Source: a virus
Lineage: Duplodnaviria > Caudoviricetes
DNA length: 33,568 nt
Direction: 5' to 3' (one strand)
IMG/VR virus record: IMGVR_UViG_3300033076_000381
Coordinates: 1-33,568 of that record
The translations under genes were made by a program, and so were the position numbers. The notes beneath the pieces were generated by a model, which saw only the letters and a program-made list of their open reading frames with translations, searched no databases and was not told the origin of the DNA. Positions 8,335-16,612 of this stretch are shown here, piece by piece. Each line of letters begins with the position of its first letter. Positions within the stretch are counted from its first letter, which is position 1.

Positions 8335-9342
8335 ATGGAAACCAAGAAAGACGAGAAGGGCGGCGGGCAGACCGACCTTTTGGAAGCAATCGAAACGGAC
8401 GCCACCGGCAAGGTTCCGGGTGCGCCCGAGGCCGAGGCAGCGGCCGACGAGAACAAGTCCGATGCGCGCATGTCGGCCGACGCCGAAGACGGCGACGACA
8501 AGGACGATGCGGCACCTCCCGCGAACGAAGATCCGCTCGCGCAGGAGCGCAGGCTTCGGCGCAAGATCCAGAAGGAACTCAAGCGCGAGGCGCGCGCAAA
8601 GGAGCGCAACGAGCTGGCCGAGCTGCGCCGCATCACTGCCGAGCAGGCCGAGCGCCTGCGGCAGATCGAGCAGACGCAGAACGGCACGACCGAGACGACG
8701 CTCCAAAGCAACCTCCGCAACGCCGTCCACGTTTACGAGCAGGCCACGGAAGACCTGCGACTGGCCGTCGAGGCGGGCGACGGCAAGCGGCACATCGAGG
8801 CGCTCGAACGTCGCGACCGCGCCAAGGAGACGGCGCAGGCCATCGACGTGCAGCTTCGCCGCCTGAAGGCGGCCGAGGCCGAGCGGAGCAGGCCAGTCGG
8901 CGTCGACCCCAACGAGGCGCGGCTCTATCAGGAGTGGGTGTCGAACAATTCGTGGTTCGATGCCAGTCTCTCGGACGAGAAGAGCCAGATGGCGCGCGTC
9001 GTCAACGACGCGCTGCTGACGGAGGGATACCGGCCCAATACTCCGGCCTTCTGGAACGAACTGTCGAACCGCGTCGAGCGGTTCACGAAAGGCACCAAGC
9101 CCAACAAGCGCGCCGACGCCGACGACGGGGACGATCCGCCGCCTGCGCGGCGCGGCGGGCCGCCGACGGCCGGATCGGGCCGCGAGGGCGGTGCCAGCAG
9201 CAATTCGAACAAGGTCTACATCTCGCCCGAGCGCAAGCAGGCGATGATGGAGGCCGGGGCGTGGAACGACGAGGCGCTTCGCCAGAAGTACCTGCGTGCC
9301 TACGCCAAATTCGACCGTGAAAACCCGCAGCGCGCTAACTGA
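8335..9342 (+). CDS. Head scaffolding protein
   Basis: Acidic N-terminus, long coiled coil, disordered linker, short C-terminal helical domain; located between portal and capsid genes. Confidence 0.7.
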   Translation: METKKDEKGGGQTDLLEAIETDATGKVPGAPEAEAAADENKSDARMSADAEDGDDKDDAAPPANEDPLAQERRLRRKIQKELKREARAKERNELAELRRITAEQAERLRQIEQTQNGTTETTLQSNLRNAVHVYEQATEDLRLAVEAGDGKRHIEALERRDRAKETAQAIDVQLRRLKAAEAERSRPVGVDPNEARLYQEWVSNNSWFDASLSDEKSQMARVVNDALLTEGYRPNTPAFWNELSNRVERFTKGTKPNKRADADDGDDPPPARRGGPPTAGSGREGGASSNSNKVYISPERKQAMMEAGAWNDEALRQKYLRAYAKFDRENPQRAN

Positions 9343-9353
9343 AGGAGCCGCTT

Positions 9354-9896
9354 ATGACCGACGACCGCCTCAAGAAACCGACTACGCAGCCGACGACCGA
9401 CGGTATGCGTTCCACTCGTGCGCTGGAAGATCGCGCTGTGACGGAAAACCGCGAGGTATCCGACGAGGAACGCCTGAAGGTTCTCAGCTCCGGGTTTCTC
9501 CAGATCAAACTGCCCAGCCTTCCGGCGATTTCCGGCTATCACACTTGCTGGCTTTCGACGAACAATCCCGGTGACACTGTCGCATGGCGTCAACAGCTCG
9601 GCTATCAGCTCCTCACTCCCGCTGAAGTTCCGGGTTGGAAGCACGGGACATGCTCCGCACCTGAGTATTCGGGATACGTCGGCGTCAACGAGATGATCGG
9701 CGCGAAGATCCGTCAGGATCTCTTCGAAAAGATCATGCAGCACCTGCATCACGACGAACCCAACTCGATGGAAGTCGGCATTCGCGCCAACATCGAGCGC
9801 ATACAGGGCGACGCCGAGAGCGCAGGCGGCCGTGTCGAACTCGAAGAGGGCATGAAGGAACTGGGCAGAACCGCAGCGGCCCCGACGTCATGGTGA
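9354..9896 (+). CDS. Hypothetical head-module protein (180 aa)
   Basis: RBS AAGGAG; codon usage like neighbours; P...GYH.CWL and GY motifs. Confidence 0.65.
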   Translation: MTDDRLKKPTTQPTTDGMRSTRALEDRAVTENREVSDEERLKVLSSGFLQIKLPSLPAISGYHTCWLSTNNPGDTVAWRQQLGYQLLTPAEVPGWKHGTCSAPEYSGYVGVNEMIGAKIRQDLFEKIMQHLHHDEPNSMEVGIRANIERIQGDAESAGGRVELEEGMKELGRTAAAPTSW

Positions 9897-9938
9897 CGTC
9901 AGGGCTAAAACCCAACCTCGTGCAAAGGAGCTAGGCAG

Positions 9939-10517
9939 ATGCCTGCTACCCTGAATGCATTCGGTCTGGAGCCGATCTATCACCCGTCCGGTCTGATCCG
10001 GGCGCAGGTGTTCGGTGACGCGCTCCCGTCCGGCACCAACTCCGGGTTCTATCAGTACCAGCCGGTCGCGCTCGACACGAACGGCAACATCGTGCCCGTG
10101 ACGACGACCTCGTCGGACTTCATCGGCGTCTTCGCTGGCGTGTCGTACACGCCGACGAACAACGGTCGCCCGGTGATCCAGAACAGCATGCCCGCTGCGA
10201 CCGCTTACACGGCCGGGACGATGCAGGTGTCGGTCTACACCGACCCCAACATCATCTACCGCGTGCAGGCCGCCGGTTCCATCGCCCAGACCGCCATCGG
10301 CGATCAGGCGTATCTCTCGAACCAGACCTCGGGCAACTCGACGGTCGGCATCTCGCAGGCGACGATCAATTCGACGCTCGCGGGTGCAGGCGTGCAGGGT
10401 CAGGTGCGTATCGTCGCGCTCGACCCGACGTCCGACAATGCGTGGGGTGACGCTTTCACCACCGTTCAGGTCCAGATCGCGCGTCATCAGTACGTCGCGG
10501 TCAAGACCGCCATCTAA
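9939..10517 (+). CDS. Capsid cement/decoration protein (192 aa)
   Basis: Immediately upstream of the major capsid gene; FGLEP, IGVFAGVSY, VYTDPNIIYRVQ motifs; RBS AAGGAG. Confidence 0.6.
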   Translation: MPATLNAFGLEPIYHPSGLIRAQVFGDALPSGTNSGFYQYQPVALDTNGNIVPVTTTSSDFIGVFAGVSYTPTNNGRPVIQNSMPAATAYTAGTMQVSVYTDPNIIYRVQAAGSIAQTAIGDQAYLSNQTSGNSTVGISQATINSTLAGAGVQGQVRIVALDPTSDNAWGDAFTTVQVQIARHQYVAVKTAI

Positions 10518-10532
10518 GGGAGGATTTGACAC

Positions 10533-11447
10533 ATGGCAAATCCGATGCGGTCTACAGACTTCCGGTCCATCGTCGAGCCTATCCTCAACGAGGAGTTCGA
10601 CGGCATCTACGACCAGCGCGCGGACGAGTGGAAGCCGATCTTCAAGAAGCAGCAGGGCACGCCTCGCCAGTATCACGAGGAGCCGGTGCTGTACGGCATG
10701 GGTCAGGCCCCGGAGCTTCCCGAAGGCCAGCCCGTCACCTACCGTTCGGGCGGTGTTCTGTTCATCAAGCGGTACACCTACAAGGTCTACGGCCTCGCCT
10801 TCGCTCTCACGAAGGTTCTCGTCGAGGACGGCGACCATATCCGTATCGGCCAGACGATGTCGCGCCACCTCGCGCAGTCGATGGTCGAGACGGAGGAAAC
10901 GAACGCGGCGAACGTGCTGAACCGCGCGTTCAACTCGTCGTACCTCGGCGGCGACGGCGTGTCGCTCGTCAACGCGGCCCATCCGATTGTCGGCGGGTCG
11001 TTCTCCAACCAGCTCGCCACGGCGGCGGCTCTGTCCCAGACCTCTCTGGAGCAGATCCTCATTCAGGTGCGTAACGCGGTCGACAACAACGGCCGCCGCA
11101 TCCGCCTGACGCCGAAGCAGCTCATCACCGCCCCGTCAAACATGTTCACGGGCGAGGTTCTCCTCAAGTCGGTGCTTCGCACCGGCACGGCGAACAACGA
11201 CGTCAACCCCGTCGTCTCGATGAAGCTGTTCCCCGGCGGCAATCAGGTCGTCAGCCGTCTCACCTCCAACATCGCGTGGTGGGTCGAGACGGACGCCCCC
11301 GAGGGCCTGAAGTACATGAACCGTCGCAACCTTGAAAAATCGATGGAAGGCGACTTCGAAACGGACAGTGTGCGCTACAAGGCCACGCAGCGGTACGACA
11401 TCAGTTGGACCGATCCGCGTGCCGTGTGGGGCACCGCCGGGGCGTAA
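10533..11447 (+). CDS. Major capsid protein (304 aa, HK97-type fold expected)
   Basis: RBS GGGAGG; YGLAFALTKVLVED, NVLNRAF, GGDGVSL...AHP, PKQLITAP, MEGDFETDSVRYKATQRY..SWTDPR motifs. Confidence 0.9.
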   Translation: MANPMRSTDFRSIVEPILNEEFDGIYDQRADEWKPIFKKQQGTPRQYHEEPVLYGMGQAPELPEGQPVTYRSGGVLFIKRYTYKVYGLAFALTKVLVEDGDHIRIGQTMSRHLAQSMVETEETNAANVLNRAFNSSYLGGDGVSLVNAAHPIVGGSFSNQLATAAALSQTSLEQILIQVRNAVDNNGRRIRLTPKQLITAPSNMFTGEVLLKSVLRTGTANNDVNPVVSMKLFPGGNQVVSRLTSNIAWWVETDAPEGLKYMNRRNLEKSMEGDFETDSVRYKATQRYDISWTDPRAVWGTAGA

Positions 11448-11464
11448 GGGTTCCTCCCCAGCTC

Positions 11465-11495
11465 GGGGGCTGGCTTAGGCCAGCCCCCACTTTCT
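11465..11495 (+). terminator. Stem-loop after capsid gene; probable partial terminator or mRNA stabiliser
   Basis: GGGGGCTGGC-TTAG-GCCAGCCCCC followed by ACTTTCT. Confidence 0.65.
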
Positions 11496-11514
11496 CAGAA
11501 AGGAGAAAACCCAA

Positions 11515-12288
11515 ATGTCCACGCACTTCCAAGACGGGATTTCCGTCGGTTCGGCGGGCTATCCCCCGCTTAACCCGGCCCCCGGATCGCTTGGTCGGCA
11601 GTCGACGACGGCGTTCAACGGCTACGGGGCGGTCGTCAGCCCGGTGGTGGTCTATCGCCTCTCGGCGCTTGCCGCTGCCAGCTCGACTAACCTCGCTGCC
11701 GCCACGACCTACTCGGGCGCGGCCTCGTTCCCCGTGACGATTGTCGCGGGCACGGGCGTCACGGCCACCACGGTCAACGGCGTCAGCGTCTACGACATCG
11801 TCGGTCAGGCGGGCGAACGCTCCGTTCGCGTCGTCGCGGCCGGTGGTGCCGGTGGTGCCGGTGCCAGCACGGTGACGGTCCTCGGCTATGACATGTACGA
11901 AGTGCCCGTCACCGCGACCTTCGCTGGCGCGACGTCGGGCAACACGGTCGAGAGCAACAAGACGCTGCGCTATGTGACGTCGATCTCGGTCACGGGGAGC
12001 GCGACGGGTTCCGGCATCTCGTTCGGTGTCGGCGACAAGATCGGCTTCCCCTACCGCGTCAACACCGCGTCGGACTTCATCGTCACGAACTCCGGCACGG
12101 TCGTCACGGCAAACGGGACTGGCTTCGTTGCGGCCGACACGACGTCGGCAGCGACCGCCACCTCGAACAACGTGCGCGGTTCGTACACGCTCCAGACGGC
12201 GACGAATGCGGCCAACGTGCAGACGTTCTGGATCTACCCCAGCGACGTCAACACGACTAACGGCCTGTTCGGCGTTCCGCAGGCGTAA
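11515..12288 (+). CDS. Virion structural/decoration protein (257 aa)
   Basis: RBS AAGGAG; N-terminal STHFQDGI; strongly T/S/G/A-rich; VLGYDMYEVPVT and GVGDKIGFPYRV motifs. Confidence 0.65.
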   Translation: MSTHFQDGISVGSAGYPPLNPAPGSLGRQSTTAFNGYGAVVSPVVVYRLSALAAASSTNLAAATTYSGAASFPVTIVAGTGVTATTVNGVSVYDIVGQAGERSVRVVAAGGAGGAGASTVTVLGYDMYEVPVTATFAGATSGNTVESNKTLRYVTSISVTGSATGSGISFGVGDKIGFPYRVNTASDFIVTNSGTVVTANGTGFVAADTTSAATATSNNVRGSYTLQTATNAANVQTFWIYPSDVNTTNGLFGVPQA

Positions 12289-12292
12289 GGGT

Positions 12293-12314
12293 CGGGGAGG
12301 CTTCGGCCTCCCCG
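12293..12314 (+). terminator. cUUCGg tetraloop hairpin without U-tract
   Basis: CGGGGAGGC-TTCG-GCCTCCCCG directly after the stop at 12288. Confidence 0.55.
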
Positions 12315-12336
12315 GTTCCCTCAACGGGAGACAGAG

Positions 12337-12681
12337 ATGCGTCCAATCTATCAGACGATCCTGACGCAAGGCGGGTGCATCGGAAACGATCCCGTCGTCC
12401 TCGACATGTACCAAAACCCGACCAACGTATCCGTTCAGGTCCAGATTGCTGGTACCGCGTCGGGTCATCTTCAGGTCAGTTACGACAATCCCTTCTCGAC
12501 CTACTCATCGAGCTACTCGAACGCCAACTGGATCAACGCTTCCGGCGCGTTTACTCCGGCTGGCGCGATCACCATCATCAATTTCCAGTCCACAAACGCC
12601 CGCGCTCTCCGCTGGACGCCGCACCTCACGACGAGTGGTGCCGTGTATCTGACGGTCATTCAGGGCGGGCAGATGGCGTGA
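12337..12681 (+). CDS. Small beta-rich structural protein (114 aa)
   Basis: RBS GGGAG; alternating hydrophobic strands; position in structural operon. Confidence 0.6.
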   Translation: MRPIYQTILTQGGCIGNDPVVLDMYQNPTNVSVQVQIAGTASGHLQVSYDNPFSTYSSSYSNANWINASGAFTPAGAITIINFQSTNARALRWTPHLTTSGAVYLTVIQGGQMA

Positions 12682-12692
12682 GGAGCAGCGAC

Positions 12693-13151
12693 ATGAAAGA
12701 CTACCGCGACATGAAGCCTATGAAGCGCGCCGGTCACGAGTTCATGGCCGACGGCGGCTTCACGGGATCCGCAGGAGCGCAGGCGGTCAAGCCGTACATG
12801 CGGAAGACCCCCGGCAAGCCCGCCAAGCCCGACTTCAAGCGGCGCGCGATGCTGCCCGGAGGCCTCGCCACGGGCGGGCGCGCCCCGGCGAACGCGACAG
12901 ACGTCGCCATCGCGGGCGGCGTGTACGCCAAGGGTGGCCGCGCCAAGCACGACGACGTCGCGGCCGACAAGGCGCTCATCCGCTCTGAGCTGGCAAAGCG
13001 TGGGCTGAAAAACGGCGGCCTGACGGCGGCGGCGAACTTCGCGCGCGGCAAGGCCGACGCGGCCAAGCTCGACCGCGCCGCCCAGTCGCAGCCCAAGAAG
13101 TTCGCCAAGGGCGGCGTCTACAGCAAGAAGCCGGTCCTCGGTAGCAAGTAA
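12693..13151 (+). CDS. Basic protein (152 aa) with five [FYML]xxGG motifs; possible internal core protein
   Basis: RBS AGGAG at 12681 supports ATG 12693 rather than 12375; MADGG, LATGG, YAKGG, LKNGG, FAKGG; K/R/A-rich. Confidence 0.7.
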   Translation: MKDYRDMKPMKRAGHEFMADGGFTGSAGAQAVKPYMRKTPGKPAKPDFKRRAMLPGGLATGGRAPANATDVAIAGGVYAKGGRAKHDDVAADKALIRSELAKRGLKNGGLTAAANFARGKADAAKLDRAAQSQPKKFAKGGVYSKKPVLGSK

Positions 13152-13162
13152 GGACGACCGCA

Positions 13163-14221
13163 ATGGCCGTCTCGGATGCAGTCTCGACGACCTCCTTCCA
13201 GATCCATGACATCATCAGTCATGCGGTCAGGCGCTGCAAAATCGCGCCTGCGAAACTGGACGCCGAGATGTTCGAGGCGGCCCAGCACAATCTGTATCTC
13301 CTGACGTCCTCGCTCGCCAATCAGGGCTACCCGCTCTGGTGTCTGGAGAAGATTATCCTTGGGCCGCTGACGGCGCAGGGCCTCTTGCAGACCCCGACCG
13401 GCACCGTCGACATTGAGAACGCCAATATTCGGGAGGTCACAATCCCGACCGGCACGGCGGCGTCGAGTGCTGGCGGCACGGCGTCGAACGCCTTCGACCA
13501 GACGCTCGCCAACGCCTGCACGCAGACTGCGCCCGACGGCAACATCTCTCTCGTCTACGCCACCGACCAGCAGATCGTGAACGTCGGCGTGATGAGCGCC
13601 ACGACGCAGACCTACGCGCTGGTGTTCGAGCGTTCGAGCGACGGCGGCGCGACGTGGACGACGGCGCTGGCCGTCTCCTCGCGCAGCTACACGGCGGCGA
13701 CTTGGTATTATTTTGACATCGACGCGCAGCCGGGCGACACCGACGCCTTCCGCGTGCGCGAGACGGGTGGCGCTACGCTCGACATCACGCAGCTCGTTTT
13801 TGCGTCGTCACCGGCCGAGGTCGTCCTCGCGCGCCTGAACAAGGACGACTTCTTCAACCTCAACAACAAGACGTCGCAGGGCAAGCCGACGCAGTATTGG
13901 TTCGACCGCAAGCGCACGCAGCCGGTGATGAACCTGTGGCCCGTGCCGCAGAACAGCTTCTACCAGATCGTCGTCCTCCGGCATCGCTACATCATGGATC
14001 CGGGCGTCTCGACGAACGAGATCGACGTGCCGCAGCGGTGGTACGACGCCATCGTCTGGGGCCTCGCGAGCTACATGGCCGTCGAAATGGAGGGCGTGCC
14101 GGGCGAGATGATGGGCTACGTCGATGCGCGCTTCCGGCGCGCACTTCTGGAGGCCCAGACCGAGGAGCGGGACAGTTCGGCCATCAAGTACGGGCCGAAT
14201 ATCTCGATCTACACGACATGA
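13163..14221 (+). CDS. Head-tail adaptor/neck-like protein with inserted discoidin-like domain
   Basis: Helical N- and C-termini, QGKPTQYWFDR...LWPVP, IDVPQRWYDAIVWGLA; central ASS..GTASNAFD...SSDGGATW...FRVR insert. Confidence 0.6.
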   Translation: MAVSDAVSTTSFQIHDIISHAVRRCKIAPAKLDAEMFEAAQHNLYLLTSSLANQGYPLWCLEKIILGPLTAQGLLQTPTGTVDIENANIREVTIPTGTAASSAGGTASNAFDQTLANACTQTAPDGNISLVYATDQQIVNVGVMSATTQTYALVFERSSDGGATWTTALAVSSRSYTAATWYYFDIDAQPGDTDAFRVRETGGATLDITQLVFASSPAEVVLARLNKDDFFNLNNKTSQGKPTQYWFDRKRTQPVMNLWPVPQNSFYQIVVLRHRYIMDPGVSTNEIDVPQRWYDAIVWGLASYMAVEMEGVPGEMMGYVDARFRRALLEAQTEERDSSAIKYGPNISIYTT

Positions 14222-14538
14222 GCCTGTACCTCCCCGTCCGCAACGGCGCGACGATGGCAATTGCGGTCTGCGACCGCTGCCACGCGAAGCGGTACTACGA
14301 CGATCTCACGAGCGACCCCAACTCGCCGTCGCTGCGTGTGTGCAAGTCGCCGTCGCCCGGCACCAACCGGCGAGGTGCCCGCTCGAACGGGTGCCTCGAC
14401 CAGCTCGACCCCTACCGGCTCGCTCCGCGCCAGCCGGAGAGCATCACGCTGCAATTCCCGAGGCCCGACGCACCGCTTGACGGTACGTCCACGACGTCCA
14501 GCTACACATGGTCCTATGTGGGCGGATTAACTTCGTAA
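14218..14538 (+). CDS. Cys-rich (putative Zn-binding) protein, 106 aa
   Basis: ATGA overlap; AIAVCDRC...LRVC...CLDQLDPYRL...PRPD. Confidence 0.7.
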   Translation: MSLYLPVRNGATMAIAVCDRCHAKRYYDDLTSDPNSPSLRVCKSPSPGTNRRGARSNGCLDQLDPYRLAPRQPESITLQFPRPDAPLDGTSTTSSYTWSYVGGLTS

Positions 14539-14556
14539 CTGAGAGAGGCAAATCTC

Positions 14557-15978
14557 ATGTGGTTCCTTGTAACGCATAAGCGACCTGATCGATGCCTTGA
14601 GACGCTCAAGGCATGCATCGATACCGGCATCACGACGCCGGGCGTCGTCGTCGTCAACGGCGGGGAGCAGCCCGCCGCGTACGACGAGTGCCTGAAGCAT
14701 CTTCCGAAAGACTGGAAGATGATCCGCCTGCCGTCGGACATGACGATGGGCGAGGCCGTGCGGTGGTGCTATCGCGAGTTCCCCGACCTGCCGTGGTACG
14801 GCCAGATCTGCGACGACAACATCCCCGTCACGCCGGGATGGGATCGCGCGCTGGTCGAGGCGGCCGGTGCCGAGAACATCGCGTCGTGCAACGACGGCTG
14901 GCAGGCCCCGCGCCGCATGCATTCGGCGACGGTGTGGGGCGGCGACCTCTTGCGGAAAATCGGCTACTGGTTCCCCGAGGGCTTCAACCACATGTTCATC
15001 GATGACGTGTGGGAGACGCTCGGCCGCACCTCCGGCAAGTGGCGCTGCCTGATGGCGTACCTCGTGCGCCACGATCACCACGGCGTCACCGGGCAGAAGG
15101 ACGCCACCTACGAGGCGGCCGAGGCGCACATGTCGCCCGACCACGAGGCGTTCAAGAAGTGGATGGAGACGTCGTTCGAGGCGGATCTGGAGAAGATCGG
15201 CGGTCGCAAGGCCGACAAGCTCAAGGACGTTCGCCTGTTCATTGCGACGCCCGCGTACGGCGGCAAGCTCGACGACATCTATGTCCACGGCCTCGTCGAC
15301 ACGATCCCGCGCCTGCTGAGTGCGGGCATCGGCTTCCAGTTCAGGACGATCCCCAACGAGAGCAGCATCGAGAAGGCCCGCAACATCATGTTGCAGGAGT
15401 TTCTCGAAAGCGGCACGACGCATCTGCTGTTCATCGATGCCGACATGGGCTGGAACGGCAACGACGTCATGCGCCTGATCATGCACGACAAGGACGTCGT
15501 CGCCGCCGCTGGCGTCCGCAAGGCCGAGGGGCCGCCTTCGTTCTGCCTGAATATCCCCTCCATCAAGCAGTGCATGGAGACGGGCACGCTGTCCGTCGCC
15601 GAGGTCGGGACCGGCATGATGCTGATCTCGCGTCGGTGCGTCGAGAAGATGGTGAAGGCATATCCCGAGCTGCGCTGGCGCGACCGCCAGAGCGGCAAGG
15701 TGTTTCCGCACCTCTTCCAGTTCACGAACCAGCCGACGGGGCCGAAGACCGAGGAGCATCCGCGTGGCGCGCCGGAGCTGTGGTCGGAAGACTTCACGTT
15801 CTGCCAGCGGTGGCGCGAGCTGGGCGAGGAGGTCTGGGTCGACCAGATGATCATGCTCGGCCATCAGGGGCAGAAGACGTTCTACGGACGCCTGCACGAC
15901 CTCCTGCTCGACAAGATGACCGAGGAGAGCCTGAGCGTCGACCGGCCCACCCCCAAGCTCGCGGAGGCGGCAGACTAG
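14557..15978 (+). CDS. Two-domain GT-A/GT2-like glycosyltransferase
   Basis: Domain 1: VTHKRP, QICDD, GWD..L, HMFIDD, VRHDH. Domain 2: LFIATPAYGG, ARN, HLLFIDADMGW, VGTGMMLISR, SEDFTFC.RW, LGHQG. Confidence 0.8.
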   Translation: MWFLVTHKRPDRCLETLKACIDTGITTPGVVVVNGGEQPAAYDECLKHLPKDWKMIRLPSDMTMGEAVRWCYREFPDLPWYGQICDDNIPVTPGWDRALVEAAGAENIASCNDGWQAPRRMHSATVWGGDLLRKIGYWFPEGFNHMFIDDVWETLGRTSGKWRCLMAYLVRHDHHGVTGQKDATYEAAEAHMSPDHEAFKKWMETSFEADLEKIGGRKADKLKDVRLFIATPAYGGKLDDIYVHGLVDTIPRLLSAGIGFQFRTIPNESSIEKARNIMLQEFLESGTTHLLFIDADMGWNGNDVMRLIMHDKDVVAAAGVRKAEGPPSFCLNIPSIKQCMETGTLSVAEVGTGMMLISRRCVEKMVKAYPELRWRDRQSGKVFPHLFQFTNQPTGPKTEEHPRGAPELWSEDFTFCQRWRELGEEVWVDQMIMLGHQGQKTFYGRLHDLLLDKMTEESLSVDRPTPKLAEAAD

Positions 15979-15979
15979 A

Positions 15980-16609
15980 ATGGGCAGCTACTCGACACTG
16001 CTGACCGACATTCCGGCGTTCATGGAAAACGATAGCACGGAGCTTGCCAACAATCTCCCGACTATCATCCAGAACACTCAGGATCGCATGATGCGCGACC
16101 TGACGGTGGCGGAATTGTTCGGCACATATTCGGGTAGCCTTACGGCCAGCTCGATCTCGTTCCCGAGGCCGACAGACATTCTCACCCTGAGAGGGGTGAC
16201 GATCCTGACGACCTCGGGGCTGGTCAGCCTCAACTATCGTGATCGCGGCTGGATGGAGCAGTTCTGGCCCGCGCAGGGCCAGACTGCCGTCCCGATCTAC
16301 TACGGCGTGCTGAACGAGAACACGTTCATGGTGGCCCCGACGCCCAACAGCGGGTGGTTCTACACGACGCAGTACAAGAAGCGCCTCGCCTACCTGACGG
16401 CGTCGAACACGACGAACTACCTGACCGACAACTGCTACGACACCCTGCTGGCCGGGTGCATCGAGGAGGCTGCGAAGTTCGTCATCGACGACCGCGCCGC
16501 CGGTCTGACCGCACTCTGGGGGCCGCGCTACAAGGAAGGCATCGCGACGATCAACGCGCAGCAGGGCAGCTACGCGAAGGACGACTTTAACACGGCGGCG
16601 AAGGGATAG
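15980..16609 (+). CDS. Second adaptor/neck-like protein (209 aa)
   Basis: YS.LL..I, P.YY...VAPTP, TNYLTDN.YD.LL.G...EA motifs; similar layout to the core of 13163..14221. Confidence 0.6.
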   Translation: MGSYSTLLTDIPAFMENDSTELANNLPTIIQNTQDRMMRDLTVAELFGTYSGSLTASSISFPRPTDILTLRGVTILTTSGLVSLNYRDRGWMEQFWPAQGQTAVPIYYGVLNENTFMVAPTPNSGWFYTTQYKKRLAYLTASNTTNYLTDNCYDTLLAGCIEEAAKFVIDDRAAGLTALWGPRYKEGIATINAQQGSYAKDDFNTAAKG

Positions 16610-16612
16610 CCC

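Noticed and set aside
11316-11327. MNRR in the capsid protein matching the MNRR start of the twin-arginine ORF
   Set aside because: Four residues, out of register with the aligned segment; treated as coincidence.
12375-12692. Longer 258-aa version of the basic GG-motif protein
   Set aside because: Overlaps the 114-aa gene; a clear AGGAG RBS supports ATG 12693.
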